From Verrucomicrobiota bacterium (lineage in GTDB: Bacteria; Verrucomicrobiota; Verrucomicrobiia; Opitutales; LL51), in assembly GCA_021294815.2 (NCBI GenBank), contig CP095464.1, positions 540,001-572,000 of the forward strand: a DNA stretch of 32,000 nucleotides. The letters run 5' to 3'. The notes beneath the pieces are model-generated. The model saw only the letters and a program-made list of their open reading frames with translations. It was not told the DNA's origin and ran no database searches. A program made the position numbers and the translations under genes. Shown here one piece after another: positions 20,914 to 29,099 of this stretch (position 1 is the first letter of the stretch; the number at the start of each line of letters is the position of its first letter).

Positions 20914-21603
20914 CTATTGCCGGATTTCAAACGTCTGGACGTAGTGCTGAACCTCCGGAGCGAGGCCTTCTAATGTCGCGCGCTCAAAGGGTAACTTTCT
21001 GCCAAACGTTGGATCCAGTGTCCGGTCGGGGATAAATTCTTGGACGATGTAACGTTTGGCTCCCGTAATTTGTTGGGCCATTGTGACGATATCTTCGGGG
21101 TTATGGAACTCACGAATGACCGTTGTGCGGAACTCGTAATCGACTTTATTTTGGAGTAAAATCGCCGCAGAACGCTGAATGTTGGCAATCGGAAGCTGTT
21201 GAAGTCCGGTAGCAAAGGGGTAGCGCACCCAGGTGTGCTTGATGTCCATCGCAACGTAGTCCAAAAGTTTTTGATCGATGAGTTGCTGGAGCATCTCAGG
21301 AGCCGTACCATTGGTATCGAGCTTCACAGCATAACCCAATGCACGGATCTTTTTTACGAATTCCGGCAAATCGTGGTGGAGTGTCGGTTCGCCGCCAGTA
21401 ATGACAACACCTTCAAGCTGTTGCGTCCGTTGGGCTAGAAAATCGAAAAATTCGGCTTCCGAAAATTCGTTCGCGCCTCCTGTAACAAGTTCGGGATTAT
21501 GGCAAAACGGACAACGGAAATTACAGCCAACGGTAAAAACAATGGCGGCAAGTTTCTTTGGAAAGTCGACCAGTGAAAGCCGCTGTAGCCCCCCAATGCG
21601 CAT
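20914..21603 (-). CDS. Radical SAM glycyl-radical enzyme activase, NrdG-like (anaerobic ribonucleotide reductase activating protein family)
   Basis: MRIGGLQRLSLVDFPKKLAAIVFTVGCNFRCPFCHNPELV (CX3CX2C cluster motif with an NrdG-type N-terminus), GGEPTL, 229 aa. Confidence 0.8.
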   Translation of the reverse strand: MRIGGLQRLSLVDFPKKLAAIVFTVGCNFRCPFCHNPELVTGGANEFSEAEFFDFLAQRTQQLEGVVITGGEPTLHHDLPEFVKKIRALGYAVKLDTNGTAPEMLQQLIDQKLLDYVAMDIKHTWVRYPFATGLQQLPIANIQRSAAILLQNKVDYEFRTTVIREFHNPEDIVTMAQQITGAKRYIVQEFIPDRTLDPTFGRKLPFERATLEGLAPEVQHYVQTFEIRQ

Positions 21604-21605
21604 GA

Positions 21606-22049
21606 TTACATTTGTCCGAACTCGAATTCAACAATCCGGCTGAGCCGACGTTCGTGGCGGCCGCCTTCAAACTCTGTCATCAGAAAAATATCAAGCATCT
21701 TTTTTAAAAGTTCAGGATCGATTTCTCCCGAGATACACATGATATTGGCGTCAGCATGCTCGCGGGCAAGACATGCATCTTCCTCGGAATGGACTAATGC
21801 TGCCCGGATTCCCTGAAATTTATTGGCAGCAATCGACATCCCAATACCGGTATAGCACCCCAGAATACCGAAATTCGCCTGCATTGTCTTGATGTCCTTT
21901 GCGACCTTTCGGGCGACATCCGGGTAGTCAATCGGGGTCGCATCACTAGCGCCGCGGTCTAAGACCTCAAACTCGAGCCCCTCGAGGTGATCGATGATGA
22001 CGTCGTGTAGATGGGCTGCCCGGTGGTCTAGTCCTAAACTAATAATCAT
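21606..22049 (-). CDS. rpiB: Ribose-5-phosphate isomerase B (RpiB/LacA/LacB family)
   Basis: 147 aa, with GILGCYTGIGMSIAANKFQGIRAALV and LAREHADANIMCISGE motifs. Two-nt gap to the downstream activase gene. Confidence 0.85.
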   Translation of the reverse strand: MIISLGLDHRAAHLHDVIIDHLEGLEFEVLDRGASDATPIDYPDVARKVAKDIKTMQANFGILGCYTGIGMSIAANKFQGIRAALVHSEEDACLAREHADANIMCISGEIDPELLKKMLDIFLMTEFEGGRHERRLSRIVEFEFGQM

Positions 22050-22090
22050 GTAATTCCTTTTTTAAATGGTTGCTGGCAGGCGACACAGGT

Positions 22091-22339
22091 CTACCAAAAC
22101 TTCCCGAATGTTCCAGACCCCATGAAGAGAGCGCCGAAAACGGCACTCCCGAGCACAACGGGTGACGTATGAATTACCGAGTAAAAGACAAAACTTTTTT
22201 CGGAAATTTGTTTGAAACATAGGGGAAAGCCGATACCGAGTGCTACCGTCGCCAACTTCGACTGAATATCGCGGCCCAAGGCGTACCTATGGCGCCCATA
22301 AGGCGCTACCACTCGAAATCGCTGCACTAACCCTCTCAT
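22091..22339 (-). CDS. Small hypothetical protein with a glycine-zipper-like C-terminus (doubtful)
   Basis: This is the only ORF in a ~380-bp gap. Its C-terminus is GSAVFGALFMGSGTFGKFW. No Shine-Dalgarno sequence or family motif recognised, so it could be non-coding. Confidence 0.25.
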   Translation of the reverse strand: MRGLVQRFRVVAPYGRHRYALGRDIQSKLATVALGIGFPLCFKQISEKSFVFYSVIHTSPVVLGSAVFGALFMGSGTFGKFW

Positions 22340-22433
22340 ATCAATGCCCTCCCCACGCATGAAGAATTACGGGACGGCCTATCAGCTAAAACCTCCCGTG
22401 TCAATAACATAATGAAAAATTCTTGGGGATCGA

Positions 22434-23279
22434 ATGGAAACTGCGAAGAGTGCGATTTTTATAAATATTTTTATTGTCCCGTGCTGGAATTTCGTGATGT
22501 ATCGTGGGATGGTCGCTCAAGCGCTTGTAGTGGATGCGTCGACGAACCGCTTTCAGGCTGGGATTCTGGCAGAGGATCGCTTTGTGGAATTTTTTGCAAC
22601 GGAGGATGATACGGTACGGGGATTTTTTGCCCTACTTGAGCGTATTTTTGCGGCTAAGCCGTTATTTCAACGCATTATTTTTTGCCAAGGGCCTGGAAAA
22701 TTACTGGGTGTTCGGATGACTTTGATGCTTGTTCGTGTCTTGAAGATGACGCGTCCGGAGTTAGAAATTCTTTCTTATGAGTCACTCGCTTTGGCACACA
22801 AGATTCGCAATCCGCTTTCGCTCCAAGATATCGATTGGGGTTCCATTGAAAGTGAGGAAGAAAAACTTCAGGAGGTTGCAGAAGCCAGTGAAGATACGGA
22901 TGAAATCGATGCTTTGGAGTTTCGCAAAAGTCTTCGCAATGCAGTCCCCGATCGCCCAGCAATCGCCTCCCAGACGCATCCCTTTGAGGACGTTGTGTGT
23001 GTACGGAAAAATAGCGAGCAGTTTTACACCTATCTGAATGGTCACATCAAGCTTGTGGGGCGCGATGTATTGGAATTCCAAGAAGGGCCAGTTTACAGCC
23101 TTCCGACAACGCATAATATAAGTGACGATCCGATGCTACTTCCGATGGCCTACGATCTTGAGGAGTGCGCGGAATATATTAACATGCTCGCGACGTCCAA
23201 TGATTCAGTGGACACGAACTTCGATCCCCAGAGCGACTACCGTAAGTGGGAGCCTGTGCCGCATAGCGCGGTGCGCTGA
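22434..23279 (+). CDS. TsaB/YeaZ-like protein (t6A biosynthesis, N-terminal domain) with a divergent acidic C-terminal half
   Basis: From the probable start M26 (22509): MVAQALVVDASTNRFQAGIL...CQGPGKLLGVRMTLMLVRVLK. This mirrors the TsaB pattern ILAIDTS...GPGSFTGVRIGIGIAQGLA. The remainder (SIESEEEKLQEVAEASEDTDEID...) is unrecognised. Confidence 0.5.
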   Translation: METAKSAIFINIFIVPCWNFVMYRGMVAQALVVDASTNRFQAGILAEDRFVEFFATEDDTVRGFFALLERIFAAKPLFQRIIFCQGPGKLLGVRMTLMLVRVLKMTRPELEILSYESLALAHKIRNPLSLQDIDWGSIESEEEKLQEVAEASEDTDEIDALEFRKSLRNAVPDRPAIASQTHPFEDVVCVRKNSEQFYTYLNGHIKLVGRDVLEFQEGPVYSLPTTHNISDDPMLLPMAYDLEECAEYINMLATSNDSVDTNFDPQSDYRKWEPVPHSAVR

Positions 23280-23283
23280 GTCT

Positions 23284-23320
23284 TATAAAACAAAACAACC
23301 CCGCGAACAGATCCACGGGG
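23284..23320 (-). terminator. Possible Rho-independent terminator after rplT
   Basis: Minus strand has a CCCCG-12 nt loop-CGGGG stem-loop followed by UUGUUUUGUUUUAU. The stem is short and the loop is large. Confidence 0.4.
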
Positions 23321-23380
23321 AAAAACATTTAAACTTCCTGCCGCAACTTCGTTAATACTCGGTAAAGGCAGAGACGATGA

Positions 23381-23752
23381 TTATTTTGCTGGGTTGCTTG
23401 TGAGATAACCTTTCGCCCGTTCGACGATCGCTTCGAACGCCTTCGGATCCCAGATTGCAAGCTCGCTGAGCGCCCGACGATCGAGGTTGATGTTGAGCTG
23501 TTTCAACGCGGCCATAAAACGACAGTACTGGAGGCCCAATTCCCGACAGGCGGCATTGATACGTACGATCCAGAGCTGGCGCATCGTCGTCTTTTTCTTC
23601 CGACGATCACGGTAGGCAAAAACACCCGCCCGCCGAACCTCCTCACGTGCATACCGAAACAGGCGCGATTTGTTTCCGAAGTAACCTCGCGCACTTCGCA
23701 TTAACCGATTTCGACGCTTTTTCGTCGCAACTGCATTTACTACTCTTGGCAT
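23381..23752 (-). CDS. rplT: 50S ribosomal protein L20
   Basis: MPRVVNAVATKKRRNRLMRSARGYFG..FAYRDRRKKK..MRQLWIVRINAA. An AAGGAG Shine-Dalgarno sequence lies 6 nt upstream. Confidence 0.97.
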   Translation of the reverse strand: MPRVVNAVATKKRRNRLMRSARGYFGNKSRLFRYAREEVRRAGVFAYRDRRKKKTTMRQLWIVRINAACRELGLQYCRFMAALKQLNINLDRRALSELAIWDPKAFEAIVERAKGYLTSNPAK

Positions 23753-23834
23753 ATTTTCTCCTTATCTCGTTAACAACAAAGCCGCAATACCAGGCCGCCA
23801 AAACGCCCGCATACCACGTAATCCGTTTAGAAAA

Positions 23835-24029
23835 TCAAAGTCCAACCGACACCGCTGCCATGATTTGTTTCGAAAATCCAGGCGAGACCGATTGATCCTG
23901 TCGGGCCTTCCTCCGCTGCTTTACAGTTTTGTTCCGTAAAAAGTGGCGCACGCCAGCCGTCCGGCGTCGAATCTTTCCTGAGGCGGTGATCTTAAAACGT
24001 TTCGCGATGGCTTTGTGTGTCTTTTGCAT
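23835..24029 (-). CDS. rpmI: 50S ribosomal protein L35
   Basis: From ATG 24029: MQKTHKAIAKRFKITASGKIRRRTAGVRHFLRNKTVKQRRKARQ (64 aa, typical of L35). The track ORF is extended to 24077. No infC is found upstream. Confidence 0.9.
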   Translation of the reverse strand: MQKTHKAIAKRFKITASGKIRRRTAGVRHFLRNKTVKQRRKARQDQSVSPGFSKQIMAAVSVGL

Positions 24030-24117
24030 AACCCGATACGCCCGTAAGGGAGCGTTTTTAGCGGTCTTGTAAAGCATTTTTTGCGAAAATGGGTGTACTT
24101 TCTCTCAAATCTACACT

Positions 24118-25026
24118 ATGTTTCGGTACATGAAGGCAGCAGTAGCGTTAGCGCCATTAACACGAGCGGCGACCCGTCGGCTTCTGGAGCAACTCGATAA
24201 GCGGCCTTCGAAGTGGCGAGGGCAAAATTTTTTAGTCGATCCGAAGGTCGTTTGGCGTTCGGTGTCGCTCGCAGACATTCACCCCGAAGATGACGTTGTC
24301 GAAATTGGTCCGGGACTGGGGACGTTGACACGGGCCTTACTTTCAAGGGGCTGTACGGTCGATGCAATTGAGGTCGATACAATACTCTACGACTATCTTC
24401 GAGACACGTTCGCCGAGATTCCACAGTTTCACCTTATGCAAGGCGATGCCGTACGTTTCCCGTATGCCGGTTTTGCCGAAAACAGGCCATTTAAAGTCGT
24501 CGCGAATCTCCCGTACAATATCTCTACGCCGTGGTTGGATGCAGCTCTGTCGCAAGAAAATTTACCGGAAACGATGACGCTCATGCTTCAGCGTGAGGCT
24601 GCTCAGCGACTGACGGCAATCCCGGGAACAAAGCACTTCGCGGCAATTTCTTTGATGCTTTCCGGGCTCTATCGTTCGACAGCGATGGTCCCCGTAGCAC
24701 GCACAAGTTTTGAGCCGCCCCCCAAGGTAGACTCCGTAATTTTACACCTCCAAAAATTGGAGCAAGGGTGGAGATTTTCTGGACCAATGCGCGCACTGAT
24801 TCGTCAAATCTTTACGCAACGCCGGAAGCAGTTAGTATCAATCCTCCGGAATCTCGATAAAACACTTATCCCAGTTGCGGAAGACTTGTTGCGCTGCCAT
24901 GGTGAACCCATCACTGCACGTCCCGAAGCGCTTCCGTTATCTTTTTGGCAGGCATTTGATCATCGTACCCAATGTACAGAAGAAAGTAGGCCCATTAATG
25001 AGGCGCCAATGCGCGAAAAAGATTGA
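24118..25026 (+). CDS. rsmA: 16S rRNA (adenine1518/1519-N6)-dimethyltransferase RsmA/KsgA
   Basis: GQNFLVDPKVV, SAM motif VVEIGPGLGTLTRALL, VVANLPYNISTP and FEPPPKVDSVILHL. Confidence 0.92.
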   Translation: MFRYMKAAVALAPLTRAATRRLLEQLDKRPSKWRGQNFLVDPKVVWRSVSLADIHPEDDVVEIGPGLGTLTRALLSRGCTVDAIEVDTILYDYLRDTFAEIPQFHLMQGDAVRFPYAGFAENRPFKVVANLPYNISTPWLDAALSQENLPETMTLMLQREAAQRLTAIPGTKHFAAISLMLSGLYRSTAMVPVARTSFEPPPKVDSVILHLQKLEQGWRFSGPMRALIRQIFTQRRKQLVSILRNLDKTLIPVAEDLLRCHGEPITARPEALPLSFWQAFDHRTQCTEESRPINEAPMREKD

Positions 25027-25083
25027 GCTCTGGGGAATTTTTGTAACATACAGGCGCGTTAGCGATTGCAGCGAGGGTTGGAA

Positions 25084-26718
25084 ATGAACGAAAACGAAAA
25101 TTTAGAGCCAGAGGAAGGTGAAGCAGAAAACGTAAAGGCGACGACGGTCGGTGGACAGGCCGCTGCACCGGATACTTCAATTATTGGCGATTTAAAAGAA
25201 CTCGAAACAATGACGTTTGGGACGCGTTGGACGCCTAATGAGAACGCGCCCTCGGGGGATCGCCCTCCTCGCCGGCCATTTAATAAAGGCCCGCGCCGTA
25301 GCAATTTTTCGGGCCCTCGCGATCGGAATTCGTTTCAGCGTCCCCGAAACGATTCGAATGCCGAACGTAGCGATACACCCCGTACGGAGAGACCACCACG
25401 AAGGGAAGGGGAGTTCCGCGATCGGAAATTTTCAGGAGAGGGAAATTTCCGTGGAGGTCCACGGCGATTCCAAGAGCGTCGTATTGTTCCACCGCCATTT
25501 GAGGTACAGTTTTATCAGGAAGATCAGTCGTTCGACCTCTTACTGGAAGAAATGCGGAAAAGCGGTAAGACCTACGAACTGTTTACGGTCGCGAAGCTGA
25601 TCTTGCAAAAACCCGAGCGTTTTGTCGTTACTATCCGCCGGAAGCCCGATGCGGAGGGCGTGATTGCACCGTTGTATCTGTCACTCCTAGATGATCTGCC
25701 TTTTGAGTCGGAGCGCGAGGCGATGATGTATATCGTCGACCACCACGTTGCGGAATTTTTCGATATCCAAGAGGAAGAAGTCGAGCCACCGAAGGGGAGC
25801 TTTACGTGTGTCCATCGCTGTGGAATTACAGGGCAATTGCTTTCGGCACCCAATTACCACCGCTACAAGACGATTTTGCGGGATCACTTCAACTCCAAGA
25901 TCCATTCGATGTCGTTTGAGCGCTTCCTAACGAAGATCGAGACGACGAAAGATGAAGCCGATATTCAGCAGTGGGTCGAAAGCATGCGACATAAGGTGAC
26001 CTATACACCGAAATCGTTGGATGAGTCCGTAACCGACTTGGCGCCGATCGAAACGCTAGAAGGTGTTCGCAATTATTTATTAAAATACTACCGTGACCGT
26101 ATTTTGCGCGACGTTACGACGGTACGGATCTTAGGAACGGCCTGTGCGAGTCTTCCGTCGGTTCCGCTTTCGCGCGCGATCAATTTTTACCTAACGCGTC
26201 AACGGCAGTTTCCTCTTGATACCGCCAATAACCTTCGTAACCGTTTCCGTCGAGCAGGCTTTGGTATCTACCGGAAAGGCAAGAACGGGATCTCGTATGT
26301 GTGCGCGATGAAGCGGAAATTCCGTACAGATGCGGATGTCTTTACGCCGACAATCCATGCGCTTATTACTTTCCTTGAGCCTCTTGAAAAGATCGATCTC
26401 GCAAAAATCCAACACGGCTACATCGAGACGAACCAGTTGGCGGAGTCTGAGGTTTTGGAAGGACTTAATTGGCTGATTCATGAGGGCTACGTCGTCGCAT
26501 ATGAGAATGGTGAGCTGTTTTTGAATCCAAAATTGCCGGCACCGAAGAAAACTGAAGGCACGTCAGTGATCGCGTTGGAGATGAAGGAGACCGCAATCGA
26601 ACAGCGTACTGATGGGACGTTGACGGTATCGCAAGAGACGACGCTGCTAATTCCCGAACAGGAAGTAAAGCTCGATCTTCCGGGCGAGATCCCGGAAGAA
26701 AATCCTCAAAAGGAGTAA
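25084..26718 (+). CDS. Hypothetical protein with an Arg-rich (RGG/RPPRR-like) disordered N-terminus and an unrecognised ~400-aa body
   Basis: ATG 25084 (MNENENLEPEEG) is preferred over the track TTG at 25066. The N-terminal region reads RPPRRPFNKGPRRSNFSGPRDRNSFQRPRN..ERPPRREGEFRDRKFSGEGNFRGGPRRFQERR. I recognise no catalytic motif. Confidence 0.6.
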   Translation: MNENENLEPEEGEAENVKATTVGGQAAAPDTSIIGDLKELETMTFGTRWTPNENAPSGDRPPRRPFNKGPRRSNFSGPRDRNSFQRPRNDSNAERSDTPRTERPPRREGEFRDRKFSGEGNFRGGPRRFQERRIVPPPFEVQFYQEDQSFDLLLEEMRKSGKTYELFTVAKLILQKPERFVVTIRRKPDAEGVIAPLYLSLLDDLPFESEREAMMYIVDHHVAEFFDIQEEEVEPPKGSFTCVHRCGITGQLLSAPNYHRYKTILRDHFNSKIHSMSFERFLTKIETTKDEADIQQWVESMRHKVTYTPKSLDESVTDLAPIETLEGVRNYLLKYYRDRILRDVTTVRILGTACASLPSVPLSRAINFYLTRQRQFPLDTANNLRNRFRRAGFGIYRKGKNGISYVCAMKRKFRTDADVFTPTIHALITFLEPLEKIDLAKIQHGYIETNQLAESEVLEGLNWLIHEGYVVAYENGELFLNPKLPAPKKTEGTSVIALEMKETAIEQRTDGTLTVSQETTLLIPEQEVKLDLPGEIPEENPQKE

Positions 26719-26755
26719 TTCTAGGCGAAAGCGTCGTTGCCAGCGCGCGTTCCTT

Positions 26756-27814
26756 GTGTTGAATGACGCTATGGAATCGTTTATGGCGCGACTCGTCGAG
26801 CGGCGTTTGCTATCGGGAAACCAAAGCACGAAGCGCGTCTATCACCTTGCATTTGCGATCGACCCCAGGTGCGTCGTTTACCAGCCCGGCGATGCACTTG
26901 CGGTCTTTCCGAAAAATTCCCCTTCAGCTATAGAGCGCGTCGTTACTCACATTGAGAATGGCGCAACAATCGCTCAGGATTTGCAGCAGAATTATTGCCT
27001 CCAACATCTGACAGAAAAATTTTGTTCGGAGTTGCGCCAAAGACTATCCCCAGAAGCGTGTGCGCGCCGGGATCAACTGGGTGCTGATCTTTCTTTAGCA
27101 GACTTACTGGAGCAATTCCCGGAGGTACATTTTACGGGTACTGAGCTTTTGTCCTTACTGAAACCGCTGCGCCCGCGGCTCTATTCTATCACTTCCTCGC
27201 AGAGAGCGTACCCTAGCCAGATCCAGCTGATCGTCGCGGAAGTGGCCTATCAAAATAGCTTGGGCAAAATGACCTACGGCGTGGCGTCGCATTATCTTTG
27301 TGAAACCCTAAACGTTGGAGATGAAGCACGTGTTGCCGTTATAAGTTCAAAATTTAAGTTGCCGGAGGACGATACCACGGCTGTTGTTATGATTGGGCCC
27401 GGGACCGGGATCGCGCCTTTTCGATCTTTTTTGCAGGAACGCGCAGCACGCCATAGTCATGGCTCTCATTGGCTGTTTTTTGGGGATCAACACCGCCGCG
27501 AGCATTTTTATTATCAACAAGAGCTCGAGGCCTGGCAAAAGAAAGGAGTCCTAACGCGCCTTGACTTGGCGTTTTCACGCGACCAAGATTATAAAATCTA
27601 TGTCCAAGACTGTATGCGGGAGCACGCGGCAGAGCTCTGGCATTGGATTGATGAGGGGGCGTATATTTATATTTGTGGCGATGCTGCCCGGATGGCGGTC
27701 GACGTCGAAACACGGCTATTGAAAATTTTCCAAGAGCAGGGAAAAATTACCGCTCCTGAGGAATATCTCAAGCAACTCAAGCAGATCGGGCGCTACCAGC
27801 GTGATGTCTATTAG
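26756..27814 (+). CDS. CysJ / cytochrome-P450-reductase-like FAD- and NADPH-binding flavoprotein, lacking the FMN (flavodoxin) domain
   Basis: RLYSITSS (FAD RxYS motif), MIGPGTGIAPFRSFLQER (NADPH GTGIAPF motif), YIYICGDAARMAVDVE and a C-terminal GRYQRDVY. Only 352 aa. GTG 26756 or ATG 26771 could be the start. Confidence 0.8.
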   Translation: MLNDAMESFMARLVERRLLSGNQSTKRVYHLAFAIDPRCVVYQPGDALAVFPKNSPSAIERVVTHIENGATIAQDLQQNYCLQHLTEKFCSELRQRLSPEACARRDQLGADLSLADLLEQFPEVHFTGTELLSLLKPLRPRLYSITSSQRAYPSQIQLIVAEVAYQNSLGKMTYGVASHYLCETLNVGDEARVAVISSKFKLPEDDTTAVVMIGPGTGIAPFRSFLQERAARHSHGSHWLFFGDQHRREHFYYQQELEAWQKKGVLTRLDLAFSRDQDYKIYVQDCMREHAAELWHWIDEGAYIYICGDAARMAVDVETRLLKIFQEQGKITAPEEYLKQLKQIGRYQRDVY

Positions 27815-27874
27815 GAACCTCCGTGTCATTAAATCTTTACAGAAATAGCTTTTTCGATAGCATCGCCTCTGAAA

Positions 27875-29080
27875 ATGAAGCTGAAACGAGTCGGGATCCT
27901 CACGGCAGGGGGCTTAGCGCCTTGCCTCTCCGCCGCGATTGGCGCTCTAATTGAGGTTTATAGCCAAGAATGCCCTAAAGTTGAAATTGTCTGCTACCGC
28001 GACGGTTATAAGGGATTGCTTCTGGGCGAAAAGGTACTCGTAACAGCGGAAACACGCCAAAATGTCGCAACGTTTTTCGAATATGGTGGCAGCCCAATTG
28101 GCAATAGTCGAGTGAAACTGACGAATGTCCGGGATTGCGTACGGCGGGGATATGTCACCGAGGATGCCGATCCTCAAGAGGTTGCAGCTGAGCAGCTCAT
28201 GCGCGATGGAATCCAAGTTCTCCACACAATTGGAGGCGACGATACCAATACCGCAGCGGCCGATTTGGCAAAATTTTTAGAGCAAAACGACTACAAGTTG
28301 AGCGTCATTGGGCTTCCGAAAACCGTTGATAACGATGTTTATCCGATTGCCCAGAGCTTGGGGGCGATTACGGCGGCCTGTGAGGGAGCACGATTTTTCG
28401 AGAATGTCGTCGCGGAGTCGACAGCGAATCCACGGATGTTACTCGTCCACGAAGTGATGGGGCGTAACTGCGGTTGGTTAACAGTTGCAACGGCCCTGGA
28501 ATATCGTCGTCGTCTCGCGCAGAAACACTTTTTACCGGAACTAGGCCTGAGTCAGGGCGCACTTGATGTCCATGGCGTCTACATTCCCGAGATGAAGCTT
28601 GATATCGCGGCTGAGGCGGAACGTCTCCGAGATGTGTTAGAGCACTACGGTTGTGTGAATTTATTTGTCAGCGAGGGTGCAGGTGTTGAGAGTATCGTTA
28701 AGGAACTTGAAGCGCAAAAGAAGGAAATCGCCCATGATGCATTTGGACATATCAAGCTCGATGCGATCAACCCGGGGCAGTGGTTCGCGAGCGAATTCGC
28801 CGAAAAGATCGGGGCGGAAAAGAAACTCGTCCAAAAAAGCGGTTATTTCGCGCGCTCAGCAAAGGCCAATGAACGCGATCTACAGATGATCCGTGAGTCC
28901 GCGGCGCTCGCCGTCCAATGTGCCCAAAATGGTAAATCGGGCGTAATTGGGTATGACGAAGAGGACAATAATCGCCTAGCTTGTATCCAGTTCTCGCGGA
29001 TCAAAGGCGGCAAGCCGTTCAATATTCATGATGAGGAATTTTTAACGATGATGCGGGAAATCGGGCAAAGCGTCTCGTAA
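27875..29080 (+). CDS. pfp: Pyrophosphate-dependent 6-phosphofructokinase (short type)
   Basis: GILTAGGLAPCLS, TIGGDDTNT (GGDD rather than GGDG, the PPi-specificity signature), PKTVDNDV and MGRNCGWL. Confidence 0.85.
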   Translation: MKLKRVGILTAGGLAPCLSAAIGALIEVYSQECPKVEIVCYRDGYKGLLLGEKVLVTAETRQNVATFFEYGGSPIGNSRVKLTNVRDCVRRGYVTEDADPQEVAAEQLMRDGIQVLHTIGGDDTNTAAADLAKFLEQNDYKLSVIGLPKTVDNDVYPIAQSLGAITAACEGARFFENVVAESTANPRMLLVHEVMGRNCGWLTVATALEYRRRLAQKHFLPELGLSQGALDVHGVYIPEMKLDIAAEAERLRDVLEHYGCVNLFVSEGAGVESIVKELEAQKKEIAHDAFGHIKLDAINPGQWFASEFAEKIGAEKKLVQKSGYFARSAKANERDLQMIRESAALAVQCAQNGKSGVIGYDEEDNNRLACIQFSRIKGGKPFNIHDEEFLTMMREIGQSVS

Positions 29081-29099
29081 GTAACAATGGGGAAAAGGG

